Shown here: piece after piece, positions 40,360-48,726 of the stretch
How positions within the stretch are numbered: the stretch's first letter is position 1
How the letters are laid out: each line of letters starts with the position of its first letter
DNA from: an uncultured Bacteroidales bacterium
GTDB taxonomy: Bacteria; Bacteroidota; Bacteroidia; Bacteroidales; VadinHA17
Assembly (NCBI GenBank): GCA_963791065.1
Contig: CAWBQN010000001.1
Location: 3,756-67,755 of the forward strand
Reading direction: 5' to 3'
DNA: 64,000 bases
The notes under the pieces: model-generated
What the model was told of the DNA's origin: nothing
Databases searched by the model: none
The model's input: the letters and a program-made list of their open reading frames with translations, nothing else
Made by a program: the position numbers and the translations under genes

Positions 40360-42162
40360 TCAATCCAAAATTCCCATCTGCCTCATGAGAAAAACAGCAT
40401 TCATCTTTTGTGTAATACCATCATGAAGCTTATAATCAAAACTGATATTTTCACCATCGATTTCAATTTCGAAACATTTATTGATTATCACACCAGGGTA
40501 ATCGGATTCGAGATTGCCAAGTGAAGTATCATGAGTGGCTATCAGTCCTGTACCGCCTCCTGCAATTATCCTCTGAAGAAATAGTTTTGATCCTGTACTT
40601 TTATCCGCTGAATTTGTCCCCTTCAATATTTCATCGAGAATAAAAAACACCGGTTCACCATTTTCAATCTTCGACTTCAGCATGTTAAGTCTTCTGAGTT
40701 CCGCGTAAAAATATGATTCGTTGTCAGATAGAGAATCAATTGTCCGCATACTTGTAAAGAGTTTCCCGGGAATGAATTTCATATCCTTTGCACAAACCGG
40801 AGCGCCGGTCATTGCAAGAATATAGTTTATGGCAATGGTCCTCAGGAAAGTGCTTTTCCCTGCCATATTTGCACCAGATATAATGCAAACTGTTCCATTT
40901 TTCCCCAGAGAGAAATTGTTACACACTCTTTTGGTTTCATCGATAAGCTGATGGCCGAGATCGGTTGCTGAAAACATGTCGGAATTCCCCGATTCTTCCG
41001 GGTAGGCAAAGGCAGGATTATTAAATGCATAGTTGCCAAGACTAATATATGCATCAACTTGCCCGACCATTTCAAGCCAGACCGGGAAAAGCGTTCTGTA
41101 TTCCGATTTCCATTTTTCCAGCCTGCTGATACTCTGATAATCCCATAAAAGCAATCCGTTGAGAATAACACCGACTAGCTGGTTATTCCTGGTATCAAAA
41201 GCCTGGATAAGTCTGCCCAGCTTTCTGACAGAGTAAGCTGCTGAAGCAGTTTCCCCGGATATATTCAATTTGATTTTATTTAATTCAGTGGAAGAAAACG
41301 ACTCATCTTCAAATGCCATTAACAAACCGTACATCGATTGGAGGAAGTTAAATTTCTTTGTCAAAGCATTGTGGACCTCATTTATTTTTTTCAGCCCCAC
41401 CGTAATATACAGGAGATTGATAAGAAAGATTAAAATAAATATTTGGTATGGTAAGATTCCCGTAATCAATAGTAAAAGAGTAGCTATTGCTGACACCGGA
41501 AGTGCAATATTCAGAAATTCCTTAATGGATGAAGGGCGTATGCCCTCCGTTGTACCGATCCATTGAAGCAACTCCGTTATATCATTCTTTTCAAGAGGTG
41601 TTCCCATTCCGGAAGCCATGAACTGGTGCCTCCATTTGTCTTTTACAGCTAGTTCACTGATCGCCTTCTGGCGAAGAGCAAAATTGCCGGCAAGTTTAAA
41701 AGGATCTGATAACCAGCCCGCAAGAATATCCCTCCCATATCCTGTAACGGTTCTGTTCAGGTATTGAAAAAGTGATGATGCACCGAATAGATCGACATCA
41801 AAAGAAAAGTCATGTCTGATATCAATATATGAACTGCCTTCATCAAAGGCAGAAAAATTACCTGAAAGAGCCTCTGCTTCATTTTGATTTATCTGAATAA
41901 GATTTCGCAGGAATTCTTTACGTTTGGAATGATCAGAAAAGAGTTTTATCAGCCAGAGGAACAATACGATTAACAGGATCATTAGAATTATTCCGGCAAA
42001 TACACTTTTTGAGAAAGCTATCCATGCAAGGATCAATCCTCCTGTGAATACGACAAACCTGGAAGCCGAAAGCAATAGCAGTATTTTGTCTTCAGTTTTT
42101 TCGAGATGCCAATAGACTGACGCTGAACTAAGATATCTTTCTTTGAGCTCATTTTTCCCCAT
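40360..42162 (-). CDS. membrane-anchored MutS-family ATPase paralog (no mismatch-binding domain)
   Basis: 600 aa. TM helices lie at aa 35-75 and 215-250. It has a MutS core-like region and a domain V ATPase (ISGANMAGKSTFLRTI, FFILDEILKGTNS, THD). Confidence 0.8.
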   Translation of the reverse strand: MGKNELKERYLSSASVYWHLEKTEDKILLLLSASRFVVFTGGLILAWIAFSKSVFAGIILMILLIVLFLWLIKLFSDHSKRKEFLRNLIQINQNEAEALSGNFSAFDEGSSYIDIRHDFSFDVDLFGASSLFQYLNRTVTGYGRDILAGWLSDPFKLAGNFALRQKAISELAVKDKWRHQFMASGMGTPLEKNDITELLQWIGTTEGIRPSSIKEFLNIALPVSAIATLLLLITGILPYQIFILIFLINLLYITVGLKKINEVHNALTKKFNFLQSMYGLLMAFEDESFSSTELNKIKLNISGETASAAYSVRKLGRLIQAFDTRNNQLVGVILNGLLLWDYQSISRLEKWKSEYRTLFPVWLEMVGQVDAYISLGNYAFNNPAFAYPEESGNSDMFSATDLGHQLIDETKRVCNNFSLGKNGTVCIISGANMAGKSTFLRTIAINYILAMTGAPVCAKDMKFIPGKLFTSMRTIDSLSDNESYFYAELRRLNMLKSKIENGEPVFFILDEILKGTNSADKSTGSKLFLQRIIAGGGTGLIATHDTSLGNLESDYPGVIINKCFEIEIDGENISFDYKLHDGITQKMNAVFLMRQMGILD

Positions 42163-42166
42163 TACA

Positions 42167-42943
42167 TCAAATTATTAAGCCCTTTATCATGAACTGACTT
42201 CTGCTGTTATACAGGTCAGAACCTGTCTGATCAAAATTCCAGGTCCATTCCTCATTGAACCGGCTTTCGGGAAGATCGGTCAGCAAGGTCGCCATAGTCT
42301 TCGTACTCCCCGATTTATTGGTGATAACTTCAGCATAATCAGTGATAAGAACAGATTTATGTTTCCTGAGAAAATCAATATGCTTCTTCTGAATTGTGCT
42401 TTTGAAAAGGCTCAGTTCTTCTTCTGCAATTTTTGATCTTTTTTTTAAAAGATCTATCAGAAGAGATTCGAGCTGTGTAAGAATATTGAGTGAAATGACC
42501 ATACCCGGATCATCGCAAGGTTTATATTCTTCAACATTTATATTCTTAAGGCTTGACACCTTCCTGAAGAACGAATTCTGCCGGGTCATCTGCCAAACCT
42601 CTTCGATGAGTCCTCCTGTAAGATCCTGCTCTATCAACTCTACATTTTTATATCTGTTTACCTGGCTGGCCACGTCCGGAGGATGAACAATATCGATCAG
42701 GCACACCTTCCTGGTTCGCTCGAGCAGCTCCGCTAAAGGCAGATCAAGTAACCAGCCGCTGCCAAGAACTGTTACCTTTTCAGGCCTATATAAGTCCATT
42801 CCTCTTATTATCAGACTTCTACAGCGTTCCAGGTGGTTTTCCCATCCGCCTTCCTGATTTACATGATGAATTATAAGTCCTTTCTGATAGTTGTAATAAC
42901 CCATCCTGTTCAACATCCTGCGATATGATATGCTGTGACTCAT
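42167..42943 (-). CDS. hypothetical Rossmann-like protein (possible class I SAM-methyltransferase-like)
   Basis: 258 aa. VTVLGSGWLLDLPL and MVISLNILTQLE loosely resemble methyltransferase motifs I and III. It is tightly packed, with a 4-nt overlap upstream and a 4-nt gap downstream. Confidence 0.45.
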   Translation of the reverse strand: MSHSISYRRMLNRMGYYNYQKGLIIHHVNQEGGWENHLERCRSLIIRGMDLYRPEKVTVLGSGWLLDLPLAELLERTRKVCLIDIVHPPDVASQVNRYKNVELIEQDLTGGLIEEVWQMTRQNSFFRKVSSLKNINVEEYKPCDDPGMVISLNILTQLESLLIDLLKKRSKIAEEELSLFKSTIQKKHIDFLRKHKSVLITDYAEVITNKSGSTKTMATLLTDLPESRFNEEWTWNFDQTGSDLYNSRSQFMIKGLII

Positions 42944-43686
42944 TGTTGTTTATTCCGCGCCCTTAATTCCTTCAGTTCAGAGGTCATAAACAGACTAAGT
43001 TTCTTTGCAAGATCTTCCGGAATATCAGTTCCAAAATTAGCAGGATAAATCGGATCCAATACCTTTATTGTGATATGATGACCACTTCCGAAAATAAGAC
43101 CGTGCTTTGGAAGGATGCCCCCGGTTCCATCAACCAGCACAGGAAGTATTGGAACGCCGGCTTGTAATGCAAGCTGAAAAGCCCCTCTTTTGAAGAAACC
43201 TATTTCATTATCGGGTGAGCGTGTCCCTTCCGGAAATATCATTATTGAAATTTCTTTTTTAAGACAGTCGAATGACTTCTCGAGCATCTCTGCTTTGCTT
43301 TCCTCGTTTCCACGGTCCACTATTATATAGTCAGCCATTTTCAGGTACCAGCCAATCACCGGAACTTTGAAATTCTCAATTTTTGAGACCCATTTAAATT
43401 TATATCTGAGACAGTTAATTAACAGAATATCAAGCAACGACTGATGATTGGAGATTATTACGTATGTGGCTCCTTTCATTGTCTTGCCTCTTCCCTGCAT
43501 ATGGATAGTCCATATCGGCATAAGGTAAGAAATAATCAGGCTTTGTTGCATCAGAAAACAATGGATAATTGCTCTGTTCCTGTCAAAAGGAAGCGTCAGC
43601 AACCAGACCGCCAGGGTCAGAGGGAAAGTAATTACAACATAGCATATGCCTATGAACCAAACGATTATCGATTTTAAGATGTCCAT
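42940..43686 (-). CDS. plsC: 1-acyl-sn-glycerol-3-phosphate (lysophospholipid) acyltransferase
   Basis: It has the NHQSLLD (HX4D) and FPEGTRS motifs and an N-terminal TM helix. I prefer the start at 43686 (MDILKS). The track extension to 43770 merely translates the heptamer array (TQKHRGAHRSTEKD). Confidence 0.82.
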   Translation of the reverse strand: MDILKSIIVWFIGICYVVITFPLTLAVWLLTLPFDRNRAIIHCFLMQQSLIISYLMPIWTIHMQGRGKTMKGATYVIISNHQSLLDILLINCLRYKFKWVSKIENFKVPVIGWYLKMADYIIVDRGNEESKAEMLEKSFDCLKKEISIMIFPEGTRSPDNEIGFFKRGAFQLALQAGVPILPVLVDGTGGILPKHGLIFGSGHHITIKVLDPIYPANFGTDIPEDLAKKLSLFMTSELKELRARNKQQ

Positions 43687-43701
43687 GTGAAGTCTATCTT
43701 T

Positions 43702-43736
43702 CTCTGTGGATCTATGTGCACCTCTGTGTTTCTGTG
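43702..43736. repeat. family D heptamer array, solo (CTCTGTG-type x4)
   Basis: CTCTGTG, CTATGTG, CTCTGTG and TTCTGTG sit at 10/10/8-nt spacing. On the minus strand this reads as a CACAGAG-type array ending 15 nt upstream of the plsC-like ATG. Confidence 0.75.
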
Positions 43737-43818
43737 TCAGTTCATATATTTTTGTTATACAGATGTTCAAATAGATACGCCGGGAAGTTATTACAAAGTT
43801 CAGGAGTAAAATAACAAA

Positions 43819-44769
43819 TTAAAAGAAACCAAAGATCTCCTCCCCGGTTAAAAAAATATTTTCCCCCCTGAAAAATTCCGATAAATCCTCAACCATATGC
43901 CGGCAGCCGATAATTTTTTCTGCTGCATCTTTTAACTGGTCACTGCCTTCAATTGTGCAATTCCTTATTATACCACCCTTAACAAACATGCTGCATGTAT
44001 GATGAACATTATTCAGGTCAAAGCAATTATTAAAGGTGTAGTCAGGACCATATCCCCAGTTCCATTCCCACGTCTTATATTTTGAATCAACAATAGTTTT
44101 TGCCCCGGATATTTCAGCATGAGTCAGATCATAAGGGACATTGCCCGGAAAATTCCTGATGAAGTAGTTCATCATTTCCGATCTTAGTTCGTTTATATCC
44201 CGCAGGCAATCAAGTTTTTCACTCAGGTTAGCAACCGATGAGGGGTTTGAGACAACGGCCCTGCTGATATAGTGAGAAGGATCTTTCCTTATCGAATTCC
44301 TTAGCATTTCCAGAGAAGTACTGAAAAGTAAAGTTCCATGGTGAAGTACCCTGTTGCCATGAATATGTTCAGCATTTCCTGAAATTTTAAATCCATCCAC
44401 CTTAAGATCATTTTTCCCTTCAAAGCTTGCTTTAACCCCCATAGATGTTAAAAAATCTATAACCGGCTGAGAATACTTCCGGAAATCAACCTGCTTCCCA
44501 TGTTCACTCTCGCTGATAAAACTGAAATTCAGGTTTCCGCTATCGTGAAATACCGTTCCTCCTCCTGAGATCCTTCTGATTACAGGAATCTGATTTTCAT
44601 AAACAAACTTCGTGTTTACCTCCCTGTGGCCCGATTGATGCTTTCCTATAATCACAGAAGGGCTATTGACATAGAGCAGAAGATATTCCTCCTTATGGCT
44701 TTTAAGAAGAAGTTCTTCAATAGCCAGGTTAAAGAACGGGTCGGTGGTATCCAGATTTATGCAATGCAT
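43819..44769 (-). CDS. lplA: lipoate-protein ligase A
   Basis: 316 aa with RRISGGGTVFHDSGNLNFSF and ..KISGNA.. motifs. Confidence 0.88.
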   Translation of the reverse strand: MHCINLDTTDPFFNLAIEELLLKSHKEEYLLLYVNSPSVIIGKHQSGHREVNTKFVYENQIPVIRRISGGGTVFHDSGNLNFSFISESEHGKQVDFRKYSQPVIDFLTSMGVKASFEGKNDLKVDGFKISGNAEHIHGNRVLHHGTLLFSTSLEMLRNSIRKDPSHYISRAVVSNPSSVANLSEKLDCLRDINELRSEMMNYFIRNFPGNVPYDLTHAEISGAKTIVDSKYKTWEWNWGYGPDYTFNNCFDLNNVHHTCSMFVKGGIIRNCTIEGSDQLKDAAEKIIGCRHMVEDLSEFFRGENIFLTGEEIFGFF

Positions 44770-44829
44770 TAATTCTGTTTATTTAACTTTTAGCCCCAAT
44801 GGGGTTGTTGAAAAAGTTAATTTATAATT

Positions 44830-44965
44830 GTAGAGGGTGTCTTAAAAGTTGCTTTTTTACCCCCAAGCCCCCCAGGGGGGATGTGAAGCTATCTGATATT
44901 CAATAAGTTTCCCCTAAGGATTTAGGGGTGAATATTTGAGAGAGAACTTTTGAGACACCCTCTAC
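44830..44965. repeat. GTAGAG...CTCTAC long hairpin (family C-like) with family B copy 4 (44859-44930) in its loop
   Basis: GTAGAGGGTGTCTTAAAAGTT (44830-44850) pairs with AACTTTTGAGACACCCTCTAC (44945-44965), 20 of 21 positions. The loop contains ACCCCCAAGCCCCCCAGGGGGGA...CCCCTAAGGATTTAGGGG. Confidence 0.75.
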
Positions 44966-45011
44966 TAAAAATCTATAGTATTAAACTCTAATTAAAATAA
45001 GGTAGATAAAT

Positions 45012-45040
45012 GTAGAGACAGGTCTGAGACCTGTCTCTAC
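45012..45040. terminator. family C 29-nt palindrome, probable terminator after the PAP2 gene
   Basis: GTAGAGACAGGTCTGAGACCTGTCTCTAC is identical to 62131-62159. It starts 7 nt after the PAP2 gene stop (minus strand). Confidence 0.7.
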
Positions 45041-45046
45041 CAAAAT

Positions 45047-45631
45047 CTACGAAGTTAAACTCTTATTAAAATAAGGACTGTATTTAAGTATCTTATTGTC
45101 AGTCAGGGTATAAAGGTTATAAATACCCCATCCTGTTAATGCTCCTACTATTGAGCCGCACAACACATCACCCGGATAATGAACACCAAGGTAGATCCGG
45201 CTGTATCCGATTAGAAGCGCCCAGACAATTATACTTATTGAATACCACCTCCTTTTTATAAAAAGCAGGCTCAGCAGGGCAACATTAAATGAGTTCGAGG
45301 CATGAGAGGAAACAAAGCTGTAAAGTCCTCCGCATTCGCCATCTACCAGGTGGACAATTCCCATAATGGCGGGAGTGTGGCATGGCCGCAACCGGTGGGT
45401 AAGATTTTTTAAAAGAACTGATACCTGGTCAGACACTGTTATAGCCAGGATAATAAAAAGGAGTATAATAAGGAACTTTCTCTTGTAGGTGACTGCCAGA
45501 TAAATAAGAATAGCCAGGTATAGCGGTGCCCATATTAATTTCTCACTGAGTGCATGCATCACCTGATCTAGGAATGGTGAATTTAAGGAATTGATAAATA
45601 ACAAAAGGTGCTGGTCGAGTTGTTCAAGCAT
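45047..45631 (-). CDS. PAP2-family phosphatase (undecaprenyl-diphosphatase/lipid phosphatase-like)
   Basis: 194 aa with the KNLTHRLRP, SSH and SRIYLGVHYPGD acid-phosphatase motifs and several TM helices. Confidence 0.85.
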   Translation of the reverse strand: MLEQLDQHLLLFINSLNSPFLDQVMHALSEKLIWAPLYLAILIYLAVTYKRKFLIILLFIILAITVSDQVSVLLKNLTHRLRPCHTPAIMGIVHLVDGECGGLYSFVSSHASNSFNVALLSLLFIKRRWYSISIIVWALLIGYSRIYLGVHYPGDVLCGSIVGALTGWGIYNLYTLTDNKILKYSPYFNKSLTS

Positions 45632-45639
45632 TTTTAATA

Positions 45640-46632
45640 TCAGTCGTAGTTAAGAACTTTCCATATCATGTCCTTTAAGGTAACAATCCCCTCTCCTGTC
45701 AGGGAAGAGATAAATACTCTGGGAATATCAGGCAGATCCAGTCTTATTTCCTTTATAAGCTCCTCATCAAGCATATCTGTTTTTGAGATTGCAAGCACCC
45801 TTTTCTTATCGAGAAGCTCAGGATTGTACATTTTTAATTCATTAAGAAGGATCTCATATTCCTCATTTATGTTTTTACTGTCAGCGGGTACCATAAAAAG
45901 AAGCATAGAGTTTCTTTCAATATGTCTCAAAAACCTTATACCCAGACCCTTGCCTTCATGTGCTCCTTCAATTATTCCGGGAATATCTGCCATTACAAAA
46001 GACTTATCATCTCTGTAGCTCACTATTCCAAGATTGGGTACCAGGGTAGTAAACGCATAATCGGCAATTTTGGGTTTGGCTGCAGAGACTACTGAGAGTA
46101 GAGTAGATTTCCCCGCGTTCGGGAACCCGACAAGTCCTACATCGGCAAGTATTTTAAGTTCAAGGATAAATTCAGATTCGATACCTGGTTCTCCGGGTTG
46201 GGCATATCGCGGAGTCTGATTGGTCGGGGATTTGAAGTGAACATTTCCCTGTCCTCCCCGTCCCCCTTTTGCCAGGATCTTCTCCTCACCGTTTTTTGTT
46301 ATTTCAAATATTGTTTCTCCGGTCTCACTGTTTTTTGCTATGGTTCCAAGAGGCACCTGGACAATCACGTCTTTTCCTTCAGCTCCTGTTGATTGTTGCC
46401 GTCCACCGCCAACTCCGTTATCAGCAAAAATGTGACGCTTATATTTCAGGTGAAGAAGTGTCCACATCTGATCATTCCCTCTCAGGATAATGTGTCCTCC
46501 CCTTCCTCCGTCACCTCCGTCGGGGCCACCTTTAGGTTCAAATTTTTCCCTGCGGAAATGTGCTGATCCGGCGCCTCCGTTACCTGAACGGCAATAGATT
46601 TTTACGTAATCGACAAAGTTTGAACCGGACAT
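45640..46632 (-). CDS. obg: GTPase Obg/CgtA
   Basis: 330 aa with a glycine-rich Obg fold ([10 protein letters not shown]), GFPNAGKST and a [10 protein letters not shown]-domain. Confidence 0.95.
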   Translation of the reverse strand: MSGSNFVDYVKIYCRSGNGGAGSAHFRREKFEPKGGPDGGDGGRGGHIILRGNDQMWTLLHLKYKRHIFADNGVGGGRQQSTGAEGKDVIVQVPLGTIAKNSETGETIFEITKNGEEKILAKGGRGGQGNVHFKSPTNQTPRYAQPGEPGIESEFILELKILADVGLVGFPNAGKSTLLSVVSAAKPKIADYAFTTLVPNLGIVSYRDDKSFVMADIPGIIEGAHEGKGLGIRFLRHIERNSMLLFMVPADSKNINEEYEILLNELKMYNPELLDKKRVLAISKTDMLDEELIKEIRLDLPDIPRVFISSLTGEGIVTLKDMIWKVLNYD

Positions 46633-46649
46633 ATATTATTATTATTATT

Positions 46650-46721
46650 CTCTGTGGCTCTCTGTGTCTCCTCTGTGGCCCTCTGTGTAACAAAAAAGAA
46701 CTCACACAGAGTTACACAGAG
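46650..46721. repeat. family D back-to-back heptamer arrays (CTCTGTG x4, spacer, CACAGAG x2)
   Basis: CTCTGTG occurs at 46650, 46660, 46671 and 46681. Then come TAAC-A6GAACT and CACAGAG at 46705 and 46715. CTCTGTGTAAC and GTTACACAGAG can pair. Confidence 0.8.
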
Positions 46722-46725
46722 ATAA

Positions 46726-47301
46726 TTAAATTAATTTTTTCATAAAATCAGAAAGTCTCTCGAAAATATCATCAATTGAGCCCATTCCATTTACCGGCTG
46801 ATATAGCCCTTTCTGACTGCAGTACTTTATAATTGGTTCTGTTTTCTCTTTATAAACATCAATCCTGTTTTCAATTACTACCGGGTCTTTGTCATCGGGC
46901 CGTCCGGATAGCTCAGCTCTGGCTATCAGTCTCTTTACCAGCTCATCGTGATCGACATCAAGAACAAGCATCTGATCTATCTTCATACCGCGTTCATGCA
47001 GCATCTTTTCGAGTGAAACCGTTTGAGCAACGGTCCTGGGAAAGCCATCAAAGAGAAATCCGGCCGAACCTGTACTATGATCTATCTTATAGGCAATCAT
47101 TTCAATTACAACTTCATCAGGGACAAGTTCACCTTTTGACATAATAAGGCTCATTTTTTTACCCAGTTCAGTTCCGCCTTTAATTTCTGCACGAAGCATA
47201 TCACCTGTTGAAAGATGAAGAAGATTGAATTTTTCAGCTAACCTGACTGACTGAGTGCCCTTTCCCGAGCCCGGAGGGCCAAAAATCAAGAAATTAACCA
47301 T
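46726..47301 (-). CDS. adk: adenylate kinase
   Basis: 191 aa with GPPGSGKGTQ and a short (zinc-less) lid. Confidence 0.95.
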   Translation of the reverse strand: MVNFLIFGPPGSGKGTQSVRLAEKFNLLHLSTGDMLRAEIKGGTELGKKMSLIMSKGELVPDEVVIEMIAYKIDHSTGSAGFLFDGFPRTVAQTVSLEKMLHERGMKIDQMLVLDVDHDELVKRLIARAELSGRPDDKDPVVIENRIDVYKEKTEPIIKYCSQKGLYQPVNGMGSIDDIFERLSDFMKKLI

Positions 47302-47338
47302 AGAATATAAATTAAAGATGTGTAATATATGTTGCTAA

Positions 47339-47941
47339 TTAGTCGGAACCGAAGTCGAAGTCGAAGATTTTCAATGCTTCTGTCTTCGGCTTCAGTCCTT
47401 GATTTAACTGTATCAGTGCATAAACTGAAGGGAGATTACGTCCAAAACCATCATAATCGAGGCCATATCCGACAACAAAATCATTTGGTATTTCGAAACC
47501 GATATAATCGAGGTGAATGTTCTTGGTATAAGCAGCAGGCTTGAATAGCATTGCAGCAACTTTCACCTCAGTCGCTTTCCTTATCACCAGCTCATCAACA
47601 ATCCTTTCCAAAGTATTACCTGTATCGACTATATCCTCAACAATAACAATTGTCTTGTTTTTAATATCTTCATTCCAGCCGATAAGTTCCTTAATTGATC
47701 CTGAGGAGCTGGTACCCTGGTAAGAAGCCAGTTTCACGAATGAAATTCTTGCCGGAAAGTCAATATGTCTGAAAAGATCAGCAGCAAAAAGAAAGGCACC
47801 ATTCAGAATACCCAGAAAGACCACCTCCTTGTCTCTCAGATCGGCATTCACTTCTTGTGCAAGCTCTTCAATTCTCTTATGTATTGCCCTTTCAGTTAAA
47901 TATTCCCTGAATCGTTTATCCAGGATCCGTATTTCTTTCAT
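47339..47941 (-). CDS. hpt: hypoxanthine phosphoribosyltransferase
   Basis: 200 aa with the PRPP motif IVEDIVDTGNTL and GYGLDYDG. Confidence 0.9.
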   Translation of the reverse strand: MKEIRILDKRFREYLTERAIHKRIEELAQEVNADLRDKEVVFLGILNGAFLFAADLFRHIDFPARISFVKLASYQGTSSSGSIKELIGWNEDIKNKTIVIVEDIVDTGNTLERIVDELVIRKATEVKVAAMLFKPAAYTKNIHLDYIGFEIPNDFVVGYGLDYDGFGRNLPSVYALIQLNQGLKPKTEALKIFDFDFGSD

Positions 47942-47991
47942 TAAGCAATATTTGAACTGTTTACCGGTGCGAAAATATGAAAATAATAGCT

Positions 47992-47999
47992 TATTTTTG
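47992..47999 (+). promoter_or_regulatory. candidate TAnnTTTG -7 box for purE
   Basis: TATTTTTG lies 34 nt upstream of the purE ATG. Confidence 0.4.
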
Positions 48000-48032
48000 T
48001 CCTTATCAGGAAGTTAAATTAAAATATTTTAA

Positions 48033-48539
48033 ATGGAACCGATAGTAAGCATTATAATGGGAAGCACATCCGACCTGCCTGTTATGGAAAAAGCAGCAGA
48101 GATACTGAATAGTTTCCGGATCCCATTTGAGATGAATGCACTCTCAGCACACAGGACACCTGAAGAGGTTGAAAAATTTGCAAAAAATGCTGAGGCCAGA
48201 GGAATTAAAGTGATCATCGCAGCTGCAGGAATGGCTGCGCATCTTCCTGGTGTGATTGCATCCATGACCCCTCTGCCGGTCATCGGTGTACCTATCAAAG
48301 CTTCACTTGAGGGCCTTGATTCAATCTTCTCCATTCTTCAGATGCCTCCCGGGATACCTGTAGCTACGGTTGGAGTAAATGCTGCTCAGAATGCCGGGAT
48401 CCTTGCAGCGCAGATCATTGCTACCGGTGACAGGGAAGTTATGTCAGCTGTTGTAAAATATAAAGAATCGCTCAAAAAAAAGATCGTTGAGGCTAATGAG
48501 GAACTGAAGGGCGTAAAATATCAATATAAAACCAATTAA
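48033..48539 (+). CDS. purE: 5-(carboxyamino)imidazole ribonucleotide mutase
   Basis: 168 aa with IIMGSTSD, AHRTP and GMAAHLPGV motifs. Confidence 0.95.
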   Translation: MEPIVSIIMGSTSDLPVMEKAAEILNSFRIPFEMNALSAHRTPEEVEKFAKNAEARGIKVIIAAAGMAAHLPGVIASMTPLPVIGVPIKASLEGLDSIFSILQMPPGIPVATVGVNAAQNAGILAAQIIATGDREVMSAVVKYKESLKKKIVEANEELKGVKYQYKTN

Positions 48540-48552
48540 TATTCATTTTTTT

Positions 48553-48667
48553 TTAACCGCAAAGGTCGCAATCCCGAGAACTCGGGATGCGCAAAGGACG
48601 CAAAGAACTAATTTATAATATCTTGACTTTGCGTACTTTGCGTCTCCTTGGCGTGCTTTGCGGTTAA
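48553..48667. repeat. family E inverted heptamer-array shell without cargo (CGCAAAG / CTTTGCG)
   Basis: The termini TTAACCGCAAAG...CTTTGCGGTTAA form a 12-nt perfect inverted repeat. The left half carries CGCAAAG-type units and the right half CTTTGCG-type units at 9-11-nt spacing. An internal hairpin ATCCCGAG-AA-CTCGGGAT lies at 48571-48588. Confidence 0.8.
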
Positions 48668-48726
48668 TTCTTTAATTTTTCTTTTTACATTATTTAAATA
48701 TTTTTTATCTTAGTGGTGGAATATTT

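Noticed and set aside
46635-46649. (ATT)5 microsatellite just upstream of the obg start
   Set aside because: It is short, and it is part of the AT-rich 17-nt spacer between the heptamer array and the ATG. No window-level evidence points to phase variation.
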